A DNA stretch of 64,000 nucleotides from Endozoicomonas sp. G2_1 (GTDB taxonomy: Bacteria > Pseudomonadota > Gammaproteobacteria > Enterobacterales > Alteromonadaceae). Made by a program: the position numbers and the translations under genes. The notes beneath the pieces were generated by a model. The model did not search any database and was not told the origin of the DNA. It saw only the letters and a list, made by a program, of their open reading frames with translations. The stretch covers positions 1 through 64,000 of the forward strand of contig NZ_JAGHQT010000003.1 in NCBI RefSeq assembly GCF_017744155.1, read 5' to 3'. How positions within the stretch are numbered: the stretch's first letter is position 1; the number at the start of each line of letters is the position of its first letter. Below, one piece after another: positions 38,505 through 48,903 of this stretch.

Positions 38505-38522
38505 ATAATTGAGTTGAGCAGC

Positions 38523-39221
38523 ATGACTAAGCCATACAATATTAATGATTTCAAAAATCCACTATTCACTGTTGATAGTGTGTTATTCACTGTAAAAGAA
38601 GGGCGGCTTCAGGTGTTGATGGTAAGAAGGGCAAATGAACCTTTTATTCATCAATGGGGTTTGCCGGGAGGTTTTGTTGACGTTGATATAGACCAATCAA
38701 CAGATGAGACAGCATTGAGAAAACTCAAGGAAAAAACCAGTGTTGCACCACAGTATTTAGAGCAGTTACAAGCTTTTTCTAGCGCTTACAGAGACCCCAG
38801 AGGATTTAGCGTTACGTTGGTTTACTACGCACTAGTCGCTGAGCAAGAGGTTAGCTGTCACATTGATACTGTGGATGATGCAAAGTGGGTTGATCTTGAA
38901 GAATTAGATGACCTTGCCGTTGCTTTCGATCACCGTTTTATTATTGAGCAAGCACAACATCGTTTACAACAAAAAGCGCTGTATTCAATGGTGCCCGTTT
39001 ATTGTTTGCCTGAGCTATTTACTATTGCACAGCTCAAGTCTGTGATCGAAGTGATTATTGGCAAAGAGATTCAGCGCAAGAGCTTAATCCGCAGGATAGA
39101 TGCATCAGAAATGTTTGAAGCTCTTGATGAAAAAGTGAAATCAGGAGGTCGTTTAGCCCAGGTGTATAAAGTTAAGCCTGATGTTGATATTGCCCACTTT
39201 GAACGAAACTTGAGTATGTAG
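38523..39221 (+). CDS. nrtR: NrtR-type regulator (Nudix domain plus C-terminal winged helix); start probably 38523 (track ORF opens at 38403 inside operator repeat)
   Basis: Nudix box GLPGGFVDVDIDQSTDETALRKLKEKT; ~100-aa C-terminal domain; divergent to prs-nadV. Confidence 0.6.
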   Translation: MTKPYNINDFKNPLFTVDSVLFTVKEGRLQVLMVRRANEPFIHQWGLPGGFVDVDIDQSTDETALRKLKEKTSVAPQYLEQLQAFSSAYRDPRGFSVTLVYYALVAEQEVSCHIDTVDDAKWVDLEELDDLAVAFDHRFIIEQAQHRLQQKALYSMVPVYCLPELFTIAQLKSVIEVIIGKEIQRKSLIRRIDASEMFEALDEKVKSGGRLAQVYKVKPDVDIAHFERNLSM

Positions 39222-39231
39222 TGGCTAATTT

Positions 39232-39675
39232 ATGATTGTATATATTGATATGGATGATGTTTTGTGTGATTTCTCTGGGGCGTTTGATAGCGCACTTAGC
39301 GTTAATCCAGAGATCACTTATCCGCAATCTCAATATGGTTTTTACGCTAACTTAACACCTCTGACAGGGGCAATTGAAGCACTTATCGACTTACTGAGTT
39401 CTGAAAAATTCACCCCTTACATTCTTACAGCACCTTCAATATTAAACCCTTTATGCTATACCGAAAAACGTATTTGGGTAGAGAAGCACTTGGGTTTAGC
39501 GTTTGTTGAACGACTGATTATCAGCCCAGACAAAAGCCTACTTTGCGGCGATGTCTTAATTGATGACCGAACTCATGGTCATGGTCAGGATTGTTTTCAG
39601 GGCGAATTAATACAGTTTGGCTCAACTGAGTATCCTGACTGGGAGAGTGTTTTGAACTACCTCAAATCAAAATAA
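39232..39675 (+). CDS. HAD-family 5'(3')-deoxyribonucleotidase-like protein
   Basis: DMDDVLCDF (DxDxV) HAD motif I; small size. Confidence 0.55.
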   Translation: MIVYIDMDDVLCDFSGAFDSALSVNPEITYPQSQYGFYANLTPLTGAIEALIDLLSSEKFTPYILTAPSILNPLCYTEKRIWVEKHLGLAFVERLIISPDKSLLCGDVLIDDRTHGHGQDCFQGELIQFGSTEYPDWESVLNYLKSK

Positions 39676-39701
39676 CCTGACTTGAGGCAGCGTGATGATG
39701 T

Positions 39702-42533
39702 CTAATTTATTGGGTTTCTCAGTGTGTGATCTATTTTTTCCCAAGTACCATTGTTGTATTTCATTTCAAAAAATGGCCAATAGTGATTGTCTACCTTTAA
39801 CGTTGTCACTGTTGGCGTGTTGTTGAAGCTTATGGTTTTTATCAACACTGACTCTTGATGTTTCTTGCCTTTAACCGCCTCGATAAAGTCTTGGGTGGTA
39901 GTTATTTCTTTACCATCTATTTCAACAATGCGTTGCATTGCATAAATGCCATAGCGAGTTGCCGGAGAGCCATAGGTATAGCTGGCAACATACACGCCTT
40001 CTGAACTAACATTACCTTGCAGTTGTGCGGCTCGATGAGGCGCGTGTAGGTATAAACCAGACCAATAAATGACTTGTTCAATATCGACGCCATGTAGGGC
40101 CGTTGTCTCAATATCAGCCTCTTTTATTTGCCCCTCGCTAAAATAAGTGACTTTAACGCTTGGCTGTTGGCTAAGTGACTCTACTTGTTTGAAGGTCGAC
40201 ACGGGGATGTCATTGATGGCAAGCAATAGGTCGCCTCGTTTTAAGTGGATAGCGCTTTTAGAGCTTGTCGAAACGTTGTAAATTGCCAAGAGCTTATTGG
40301 CATCTGTGCCCGGTTGAACAATCTTGTTAATCCACTGTTCACTTAGTCCCATTTGTACGGCATTAACCGGCGGAATCATGGTTAAGTTAATATCCAAAGA
40401 ATAGGTTGTTTTCTGGTTGGCAAAAGTATCAAGCAGCTCTGTTACGTACTGAGCTGACAAGCCAGAAATAGCGTTATTTTGCTCGTTACCTTCGGAATTA
40501 CTGGCGTCAAAGACAATCCATAAACCAGCAACTTCATTGGCGGTATTCACAAGCACCCCGTCTATAGCACTATTTGGGTTAACTAAAGAAGTACCTTTAA
40601 TGTTTTTGTCAATAAACTGTGGCACTTTGTAATTGTATAGCCAAAGTTCTTCGGTGTTATTAACAATGGTTTCTCTGTATTCAACAACGCCGTCGTAGTT
40701 GAGGCCAACTTGTAAAATAGGGTCACCTCGTCTCATTGCTTTATCACTGAAGGTGGCTTGCGAGACCTTGGCATTGGCTAAATCTGAAGGTGTATAGGAA
40801 ACTAAAGCAAGGTTGTGTAATGGGTGTATGTATTCGACTTTCCCATTGATTTCATAGCGATTGTTAAAGGTGATTTTGACATCGCCTAGCATGCTAAATA
40901 CTACGGTGCGAGCCACGACAACCCAGCCTTTTTCGATATCTACGATAACACCTGTGCCATAGTGATTTTTGTCACCATTACGCCCTTGGACTGAATATGG
41001 ACTAGAAAATGACACGTTAACCAAGGCATTTTCAATATTTTCGCTATCGACAGGAGTGAAGTTTGTCGTTGAACTTTCACTTGTTTGTGTCAGGCTCGCT
41101 TGGGCTTTAAATTTTTGACAAGGCCAGTAGCTTTGGTCTGCAGTTTTTTCGCAATAGCTGTGCTCAAACCATTGTCGATTTATTTCGACAAGGGCGTAGT
41201 TGGTCGTATTTGGTGTAGAAAAATCAAAGTAGCGCAAATTGACTTTACGCGTGCTTTTTATGTTTTTTAGTTGCTGGTTAAATTCTTCAACGGTATTCAC
41301 TTTAACGCCATTGAATTCAGTAATCACGCCGTGACTTGGTACCCCCGCTTTGCTAAATGAACTGCTGGATCTTGCAACGTAAACCCCTTGTATGGGTTTG
41401 TTAAAGTGACGCGCCTGTTGATATGACAAAGTGTGAAAAGTACTACCGTCAAATCGCACGATTGACTGTGGGCTGAGCGTTTGTAAATCATCAACTGCAA
41501 TATTGAACGAGTGTTGCTCATTTTGTCTGATCACAGTTACTTCAATGTTTTGTCCAACGTTAACGTTTAGGTTGTGTTCGAGTTGTGAAAAATTAATAAC
41601 ATTTTGCTGGTTTATACTCAGTAGAATATCACCCACTTTGAGTTTTTCGTCAGCGTTGCTCTGAGGGATGATATGCCTGACAACAAGTAAACCTTTCAAG
41701 TCAGGATATTGCTCTCGATAGCGTTGTTCGAGCTCAGACGTTAACCCCAAGCGAGTTAGTTCAGTATATGAGGTTGATTGAAAGGTAGTTTTTATGGTTC
41801 CACGAGGAATCGCTTGCTGGTTTTGTAATTGAACCAAGGCAATTTTTATTTGTTCTAGTGGTAAGTAAAACGCGGTTGCTGACTTAGAACGGCTGCCTGC
41901 ATTTAGAGCGACGGCTTCGCCTTTTATATTGATGACCGGAGAGCCAGATGAGCCACCGGTAGAAGATGTCGCCGCTTGGATGTAGAAGGTATTAAAGTCA
42001 TTGTATTTACCTTTGCCATAGTTCGGCGCATCGCGATCTAAACGCGAGATAGTCCCATCTAAAATAGATATTTTTTGGCCAGCGTCATTACCTATAATGC
42101 GAATTGCTTCACCCACTTCTGGGTCTGAGTCGCTCAGGGTAAATTGATGAGGAGTGAGGTGTTTAATTTGACTAGGGTCATACTTAAAGAAGCCAAAATC
42201 GTGAACGGGGTCGAAATAAAGTGGCGTTAAGTCAATTTCTTCGTTATTCACTAAAATCGCTTTGGCGGTGACTGGCCCCGGGTTAATCACATGCCTATTG
42301 GTTAAAATAATGCCGTTTTTAGCATCGACAATAAATCCGGTGGCATAGCTACTTCGATTCGACTTACCATCGAATGCTACAGGTATATCTGTTTGAATAC
42401 TAACGACACCAGAAGAGACTTTTTGAACCGTTTTATTCCAGTTTTCTGCGTCGTTGCTTTGGTTACACGAGGTTAAAAATAGTGTCGTTAATACACTGAT
42501 AACGTAAACCGCGTATTTTTGTAGCATTTGCAT
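39702..42533 (-). CDS. Large secreted trypsin-like serine protease (S1C/DegP-like) with multiple PDZ domains, lipoprotein signal
   Basis: Signal plus lipobox LTSCNQ; protease core GFIVD…ILTNRHV…GGSSGSPV; 943 aa. Confidence 0.6.
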   Translation of the reverse strand: MQMLQKYAVYVISVLTTLFLTSCNQSNDAENWNKTVQKVSSGVVSIQTDIPVAFDGKSNRSSYATGFIVDAKNGIILTNRHVINPGPVTAKAILVNNEEIDLTPLYFDPVHDFGFFKYDPSQIKHLTPHQFTLSDSDPEVGEAIRIIGNDAGQKISILDGTISRLDRDAPNYGKGKYNDFNTFYIQAATSSTGGSSGSPVINIKGEAVALNAGSRSKSATAFYLPLEQIKIALVQLQNQQAIPRGTIKTTFQSTSYTELTRLGLTSELEQRYREQYPDLKGLLVVRHIIPQSNADEKLKVGDILLSINQQNVINFSQLEHNLNVNVGQNIEVTVIRQNEQHSFNIAVDDLQTLSPQSIVRFDGSTFHTLSYQQARHFNKPIQGVYVARSSSSFSKAGVPSHGVITEFNGVKVNTVEEFNQQLKNIKSTRKVNLRYFDFSTPNTTNYALVEINRQWFEHSYCEKTADQSYWPCQKFKAQASLTQTSESSTTNFTPVDSENIENALVNVSFSSPYSVQGRNGDKNHYGTGVIVDIEKGWVVVARTVVFSMLGDVKITFNNRYEINGKVEYIHPLHNLALVSYTPSDLANAKVSQATFSDKAMRRGDPILQVGLNYDGVVEYRETIVNNTEELWLYNYKVPQFIDKNIKGTSLVNPNSAIDGVLVNTANEVAGLWIVFDASNSEGNEQNNAISGLSAQYVTELLDTFANQKTTYSLDINLTMIPPVNAVQMGLSEQWINKIVQPGTDANKLLAIYNVSTSSKSAIHLKRGDLLLAINDIPVSTFKQVESLSQQPSVKVTYFSEGQIKEADIETTALHGVDIEQVIYWSGLYLHAPHRAAQLQGNVSSEGVYVASYTYGSPATRYGIYAMQRIVEIDGKEITTTQDFIEAVKGKKHQESVLIKTISFNNTPTVTTLKVDNHYWPFFEMKYNNGTWEKIDHTLRNPIN

Positions 42534-42697
42534 AAATGTCCTTTTTAGAGGCTGTTATGCGTTTGCACAGCCAATCAGTAGTTCTGTTCACTTTAAGTCA
42601 AATTTAATTTGTTGTGAACCTCTTGTACTATCATAATGTAGTTTGCACTTGTTGTAATAATGATCTTTGCATTTTAATGATGAGTTATTCTACTATG

Positions 42698-43771
42698 CTA
42701 CTCAAATTTTTTGATACATTCATTCTTAGGTATCTTGCATTTATCGCATTCTCTGTTTTTATCGACAAATACTTTTCTTTTAATGCCTTGATTAGGTTGT
42801 TGGAAAGGCCAGTTTAGAGCTTCAATTTTACTTTTCCTGAAAGCTTTCCATTCTAAGGAAAAGTTTTCTTTAAAGTATACATATCTATGACACCACTCTA
42901 AAATTGTAATTGGAATACGTCTCCCATTTCTGTAGTGCGTTTCAGGAAAGTTCTCTAAATGGGGTAATAAACTTCGAATCCTATTTGGTGGAAAGTTAAA
43001 ATTATTTGGAGTATATAATGTTTTCATTGCTTTTATCGCGGCTTTACTATGTAACTTATCCTCAACGTTTTTTTTGAATTCCACTGATAAGCGGGCCTTA
43101 TGTAGCTCTCGTCTGATCAACTCTAGGTATTCGTTAAATGACCAGTAATAGCATGGCGTAACATAGTAATTGAAATCAAGATGACAATTATTAATTACTT
43201 TTTGTGTTGTTACCGGTTTATTCCAAATATCAAAACCGCACACATTACAAGTTCCAGTTACGATAGACTTTAATTTTTGATAATTATTTAGTTTGTTTGA
43301 ATCGCAGTGACATCCATGTTTAAACAGGCTGATATGATGCACTTCACAGACATCGTGATGGCACCAACTTAACTTAAACCAGGTAAATCCATCAGTGTTT
43401 ATTTGTTCTTTAAAGCAAATAGGGCAAAATTGGATTTCTAGATTAAGAAATGCCAATGTCTTCGGCATTTCTATAGTGATGTATTTATCAGTGTTATTAA
43501 ATATATTCGATGCTTTTTTTAGAAAAATATCGGGTGTATTGACTAGTTTAAAAAACTTTAGTATAGAATGTTCTTCGACTAATGTAAGTAGCTCTGTCAT
43601 ATCATACGTTTGAAAGTGCAGAAATGTACTTTCCGTTAAGCCAAAGTTGAATCTCCAGCAAAACTTTTTGTTTATTAACAACTCTACAATTATGCTTTTG
43701 TTGAGTTCATTTAATAGTAATGACTTTCGAAAGATAAAGCTTTGTAACAATTCACCTGGCTTAATCCACAT
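42698..43771 (-). CDS. Cys-rich hypothetical protein in AT-rich DNA
   Basis: CPICF…CHHDVCEVHH…CHC…C..C clusters; low GC. Confidence 0.3.
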   Translation of the reverse strand: MWIKPGELLQSFIFRKSLLLNELNKSIIVELLINKKFCWRFNFGLTESTFLHFQTYDMTELLTLVEEHSILKFFKLVNTPDIFLKKASNIFNNTDKYITIEMPKTLAFLNLEIQFCPICFKEQINTDGFTWFKLSWCHHDVCEVHHISLFKHGCHCDSNKLNNYQKLKSIVTGTCNVCGFDIWNKPVTTQKVINNCHLDFNYYVTPCYYWSFNEYLELIRRELHKARLSVEFKKNVEDKLHSKAAIKAMKTLYTPNNFNFPPNRIRSLLPHLENFPETHYRNGRRIPITILEWCHRYVYFKENFSLEWKAFRKSKIEALNWPFQQPNQGIKRKVFVDKNRECDKCKIPKNECIKKFE

Positions 43772-44886
43772 AGTGTAATAATTTCCTTACCTGATTGATG
43801 AATAAAAGTAATTTATCGACTTTGGAGACTTATTTACAGGGTGACATGATATACTTTACTACCATCGGAACTTAACTAAGTATATGTTGACCAATACTTG
43901 CCAGATCATCAAAATTCATTGCACTATGTTCTTTGTTTTTGATGGAAGTGACGGCACTTAACGATTGACTTGTTCACTGGTTAAGCCAAAGTTAATCGCG
44001 CTGATAAACTCAAAACTGGATTTGCGTGATTTATGTTGTCCGAGCATATGGCAACACTCTATAATGATTTTCTTCATATCTTTCTGGTAGAATATCACCA
44101 ACTGAATTTAAGAGTCGTTTATTGTTAAACCAATCAACCTAATCTAATATCGCTAGTTTAACTCGCTTAAGCCTAATTTTTGTGAATGACTACCTTTTTT
44201 TACAAGCTATTAATCGACTTAGTTAGAACGTTATCGTATGAGTCGACAGCGCTGTCAGCTGAGGTTGTAAAACTAGCATTGCTAAGTATTTCGGTATAGC
44301 GTATTGAGTCATATTGACTAGCGTTAAAAATGTAATGAATAGGGCTTTTAGGCTTGGCTCTTGCCCAAAATGCTTGCTTTAAAGCACTAAGTATAAGCTG
44401 AATCTTTCATTAATTTTATGTCCCTACAGTCAATAGTTTTTCGTGAATAAACATTGAGTAACAACGCCACATAGATGAAGCTTGGCCATGTCGCAAAGTA
44501 GGTAATATCGACCACCCAAAGCTGACTAGGCTTTGACAAGTAAAGTCTTGATTCACATAACTTAAGAGCTTAACTGGGTTGGTCATATGGTATCGTCGTG
44601 ATACCGGGTAAACCTATATTAATGCTTTGAAGGCCGAGCTCTCAAGTGCGAACTAACTTTTCTAGAGATGGACTGAATGGCTGTCCAATGAGACGAATGC
44701 TTATTTTTAAATGCAAAAGCCATGTGTATTACACCTTCACGTACTTCTGGTGAGTATGTAATTCTATTTTTATTGACTCATTCTCTTAAGCAAGTTAGCT
44801 TGCAAATTCATGTGTCACTCTTGTTTTATTAATATTACTGAAATGACACAGATTTCTAGGCACTACCATAAGAAATGAATCGATGA

Positions 44887-45609
44887 TCATATTTCTATGC
44901 TTTCATGTCTTACTTTTTCAAAAAAGTCAGGATATATGTTTTCGTTGACTTTGAGGTACTCATATAATTCAGGCAGTTTAATCGAAATAGAACCGTCTGA
45001 GCGATGTTTCAATAGTCCCGAATTAGATAACTTTTTAATGAAAAACCCTATTCGAGATCTTGTTGTCCCAACATAGTCGGAGAGATCTTGAATAAGCAAC
45101 TTAGTTCTTATAGTCAATTGTTGCTCACTGAACTCGCCGTATTTCTCTGCTATTTTAAGTAAGAAAAATAATAATCTCTCTTCACTACTACTGGTAATAA
45201 AACTGGTGATTTTATCATTTTTCTCAGAGATTAAAGTTGCCATGTAGCGTATATAAGCATGTCTGAGCTCAGAAGAATCAAGTGTTTCAATAAACCGCTC
45301 CGTACTTACACGTTTAAGTTTGGTTTTAGTATCAGTTTCTAAGTAATAACAACAATTAGAGTTAGATAGACTGAATTCACATAAGATACTTCCGGAGTAA
45401 TGAATACCCAGTACACATCGTTTTCCACTGAATGTGTACCTGACAATTTTTACAAACCCTTCTTCTACTTTATATACGGAATCGTGTTTGTCATCTATGT
45501 GTATAGAAGAGTCTTTATCAAGAACAAGGGTTTGCTGAAACCCCTCAAATAAATCGTTTAGTAGTTTTACATTTTTATTATTTTGATCAAAAACTGCTAT
45601 GTTTTCCAT
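44887..45609 (-). CDS. Crp/Fnr-family transcriptional regulator
   Basis: N-terminal cNMP-binding-like beta region; C-terminal HTH (LSDYVGTTRSRIGFFIKKL). Confidence 0.55.
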   Translation of the reverse strand: MENIAVFDQNNKNVKLLNDLFEGFQQTLVLDKDSSIHIDDKHDSVYKVEEGFVKIVRYTFSGKRCVLGIHYSGSILCEFSLSNSNCCYYLETDTKTKLKRVSTERFIETLDSSELRHAYIRYMATLISEKNDKITSFITSSSEERLLFFLLKIAEKYGEFSEQQLTIRTKLLIQDLSDYVGTTRSRIGFFIKKLSNSGLLKHRSDGSISIKLPELYEYLKVNENIYPDFFEKVRHESIEI

Positions 45610-45737
45610 GTCATTTTGTCCATTTATATGTCTTGTAAATAATTTAATTTCTATTAAGCTGAATAATTTTATGTGTTTATTAAATATATATAATTAGCGT
45701 TAACAGAACTTTTCTGTAGGTGTTAAAAATTCCCTTA

Positions 45738-47903
45738 TTACTTAGGTTTGTTTAATGACTGAATTAGTTTTATTGCCGCAGTTGGCAAGTGGGTATTAGG
45801 ACCGAAAATATGGTTAACGCCAAGGGATGCTAATTTTTTATAATCTTGCGATGGAATGACACCACCAAGGCAGATAGTAATATTCAAATTTTCGTGCTTA
45901 TTGATTTCTTCCAGTAACAATGAAACTAATTTAAGGTGACTTCCCGCGAGTGATGAAATGCCAATAATATCTACATTCTCTGCTATAGCTTGATCAACTA
46001 CTTCCTTTGGAGTACTGAATAAAGGGGAAAGTGTGACGACAAATCCGAAGTCTGAAAAAGCTGAAGCAACGACTTTTGCTCCCCTGTCATGACCGTCTTG
46101 CCCCAACTTACTTACTAAAATGGTTGGCTTTTTCGATTTTCTTTCTGTGAATTTTTTAACACATAACAGGACCTCCTGTAAATCATCATTCTTTTGATAA
46201 ACATTTTGGTAAGTATTGGCTGTTTCATTATAATTGGGGCTGTATCTCCCCCAAACTTTTGCTAGTGTTTCTGATACTTCCCCAACTGTTGCTCTGCACC
46301 TCATAGCTTCTATACTGATGGCAAGTAAATTTCCGTGCCCTGTTTTGGCGCAATGTTTCAGCTTTTGCAATGCACATTTGAGTTTGTTTTTATCTCTATT
46401 TCTTTTTATATAAGTCAATCTATCAATTTGATTAGATCTGACTTGATCTGTATTTATGTTTAATGTTTCTAGTGGAGTTTCTTTATCAGTGCGGTATTTA
46501 TTGACACCGATTATTACCTTTTCTCCACTATCGATTTTTGCTTGTGTGATCGCAGCTCTTTGCTCTATTTGTTTTTTTGTTATTCCTTTTTCAACAGCCT
46601 CAGTCATACCTCCTGAAACTTCAACTTCGCGAATTAACTCTCTAGCCTTATTAGCTATGTCATTTGTTAAGCTTTCCATAAAGTAAGATCCTCCCCAAGG
46701 ATCAATAGTGCTGCAAATTCCGGTTTCTTCTTGTAATATCAGTTGTGTATTTTTAGCGATTTTAGCTGCATCTATAGTTGGAAGAGAGACAGCTTCATCA
46801 TATGAGTTTGTATGTAAAGATTGAGTTCCACCAAAGACTGCCGCTATTGATTCAATTGTTGTTCTTACAATATTGTTTAGTGGCTCTTTTTCGGTCAATG
46901 TCCAGCCAGAGGTCTGACAATGCATTCTAAGTAAGTACGATTTTTCATCTTTGGCGCCAAAACCTCTAATTATTTCAGACCAAAGTAATCTAGCGGCTCT
47001 CAACTTGGCTATTTCAGAATAGAAGTCCATGCCTACTCCAAAGAAAAAGGAAAGCCTAGGTGCAAATTCGTCAATGGTCAATCCTGATTCTAAGGCTGTC
47101 TCAATATACTCTTTACCATCTGCAAGCGTATATGCCAACTCCATTGCTGGTGATGCACCCGCCTCCTGCATATGGTAACCCGAAATCGAAATCGAATTAA
47201 ACTTGGGCATGTTTTGTGAGAGAAACACAATAACATCACCAATGATTTTCATTGACTCTTTTGGAGGGTAAATAAATGTATTCCTTACCATGAACTCTTT
47301 TAGAATGTCATTTTGAATTGTTCCTCGAAGTTCCTGAAGATCTGCACCTTGTTCAATTGCTGCTACAATATAAGCTGCCAATATTGGAAGTACCGCACCA
47401 TTCATAGTCATCGATACACTGACTTCGTTCAAAGGAATACCTGAAAACAGAACTTTCATGTCTTCTACACTATCAATTGCAACGCCAGCTTTACCAACGT
47501 CGCCGATTACTCGCTCATGGTCAGAGTCGTACCCTCTATGAGTAGCCAAATCAAAAGCAACTGAGATACCTTGTGCGCCTTCTTTTAAAAGTGTTTTATA
47601 GAATTGGTTTGATTTTTCTGCTGTAGAAAAACCCGCATACTGTCTTATGGTCCATGGCCTATTACAATACATCGTTGGATAAGGGCCCCTTATGTAAGGA
47701 GCCAGACCTGGCATTGAATTTTGATGGGGTAAACCGGCCACATCGTTTTGTGTATATAGTGGCTTAATTTTTATTCCGTCTTCAGTGACATTCCCTGATT
47801 CACTAAAAGCTGGATTTTTCGACTTTTCCTGTGCAAGTTTTTTCCACTTACTAAAATCTGACTCAATAGGTGCAAACTTTTTAATCTTTTGAAAGGCGGG
47901 CAT
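45738..47903 (-). CDS. Coenzyme-B12-dependent acyl-CoA mutase (methylmalonyl-CoA mutase-like, substrate plus B12 domains fused)
   Basis: C-terminal B12-binding motif DGHDRG; N-terminal mutase TIM-barrel region; 721 aa. Confidence 0.7.
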   Translation of the reverse strand: MPAFQKIKKFAPIESDFSKWKKLAQEKSKNPAFSESGNVTEDGIKIKPLYTQNDVAGLPHQNSMPGLAPYIRGPYPTMYCNRPWTIRQYAGFSTAEKSNQFYKTLLKEGAQGISVAFDLATHRGYDSDHERVIGDVGKAGVAIDSVEDMKVLFSGIPLNEVSVSMTMNGAVLPILAAYIVAAIEQGADLQELRGTIQNDILKEFMVRNTFIYPPKESMKIIGDVIVFLSQNMPKFNSISISGYHMQEAGASPAMELAYTLADGKEYIETALESGLTIDEFAPRLSFFFGVGMDFYSEIAKLRAARLLWSEIIRGFGAKDEKSYLLRMHCQTSGWTLTEKEPLNNIVRTTIESIAAVFGGTQSLHTNSYDEAVSLPTIDAAKIAKNTQLILQEETGICSTIDPWGGSYFMESLTNDIANKARELIREVEVSGGMTEAVEKGITKKQIEQRAAITQAKIDSGEKVIIGVNKYRTDKETPLETLNINTDQVRSNQIDRLTYIKRNRDKNKLKCALQKLKHCAKTGHGNLLAISIEAMRCRATVGEVSETLAKVWGRYSPNYNETANTYQNVYQKNDDLQEVLLCVKKFTERKSKKPTILVSKLGQDGHDRGAKVVASAFSDFGFVVTLSPLFSTPKEVVDQAIAENVDIIGISSLAGSHLKLVSLLLEEINKHENLNITICLGGVIPSQDYKKLASLGVNHIFGPNTHLPTAAIKLIQSLNKPK

Positions 47904-47944
47904 TAGGCGAATTCTCTGAACATAATTATAAAACTGGCCTTGTG

Positions 47945-48700
47945 TTAGTTGAGTCCAAGAGTTGCGGTCATTCCACCATCAACAATTAACTCTGAACCAT
48001 TGATGAAGCTTGCGTTGGGTGATAGTAAAAAATCTACTAATGTAGCTATATCATTGGGTTTACCTAATCGTTGAACTGGAATGCGATTTAGCATGCTATC
48101 TGCCCAATTTGCTCGCCCCTGAGTCAACTCTGTGTCTATAAACCCGGGTAAAATAGCGTTCATGGTTAGACCTCTTCTGGAAAACTCTTCGATCACGCTG
48201 CGCATGTAACTTTGTATTGCGCCTTTAGTTGCACTGTATATCGAATTTCCACGGTTACCATGCTTTGAAGCGACAGAGCTTATGAAGATGATGCGACTTG
48301 AGTCCATACGGCTCATTGGCATTATTAGTTTTGAAACAAGCTGCATTGTCGAAAAAAGGTTCACTTGAAATATTTTTTTTACGCTATCTGAATTAAACTG
48401 GAAGCTCAGGCTATCTGAACTCATGCCTGCACAACATACGATGCCATATGGGATTCTATTTTCTGCTAATAAAGTCTCGGTTGTTGAATCCACATCGTGT
48501 GAGTTAGCTAGATCACATTTGATAGGAAAAACATTCGCTCCAGCTAGATTACACTCATTTAATAGCTCACTTAAACTTTCGTCGTTGTTCCTGTAAGTGA
48601 GGATGAGATCAAAATTATTTTTTGCTAAGTATGTGGCTACGGCTCGACCAATTCCCCTTGTTCCTCCCGTGAGAAGAACGCTTTTCCTTTCCCTGTGCAT
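47945..48700 (-). CDS. SDR-family oxidoreductase (FabG-like ketoreductase)
   Basis: TGGTRGIGRAVA Rossmann motif; NAILPGFIDT; catalytic YxxxK region. Confidence 0.7.
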   Translation of the reverse strand: MHRERKSVLLTGGTRGIGRAVATYLAKNNFDLILTYRNNDESLSELLNECNLAGANVFPIKCDLANSHDVDSTTETLLAENRIPYGIVCCAGMSSDSLSFQFNSDSVKKIFQVNLFSTMQLVSKLIMPMSRMDSSRIIFISSVASKHGNRGNSIYSATKGAIQSYMRSVIEEFSRRGLTMNAILPGFIDTELTQGRANWADSMLNRIPVQRLGKPNDIATLVDFLLSPNASFINGSELIVDGGMTATLGLN

Positions 48701-48903
48701 AACAACCCTTACGTAAGATATAGATAGTACGTTTTGCTAAAAATATAGCGAAGGGTACTAAATGGGAATGCTCAATTGTGAGCATACAAACTCAGAAAAA
48801 AGACTCTATGATGTTTAAAAACTGCATATATATCGTGACCTGCTTCTGAATAATTTGACGTCAGTGCAATCGAAAATATATATGTTAAACAGCATAGGGA
48901 AAC

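Noticed and set aside
38403-38522. Upstream 40 codons of the NrtR-like ORF (MCLYDTFLFIAIF…)
   Set aside because: The start codon lies inside one of the repeated GTGTC-N5-GACAC operator palindromes and the translation is hydrophobic nonsense. The downstream ATG at 38523 gives a sensible Nudix N-terminus.
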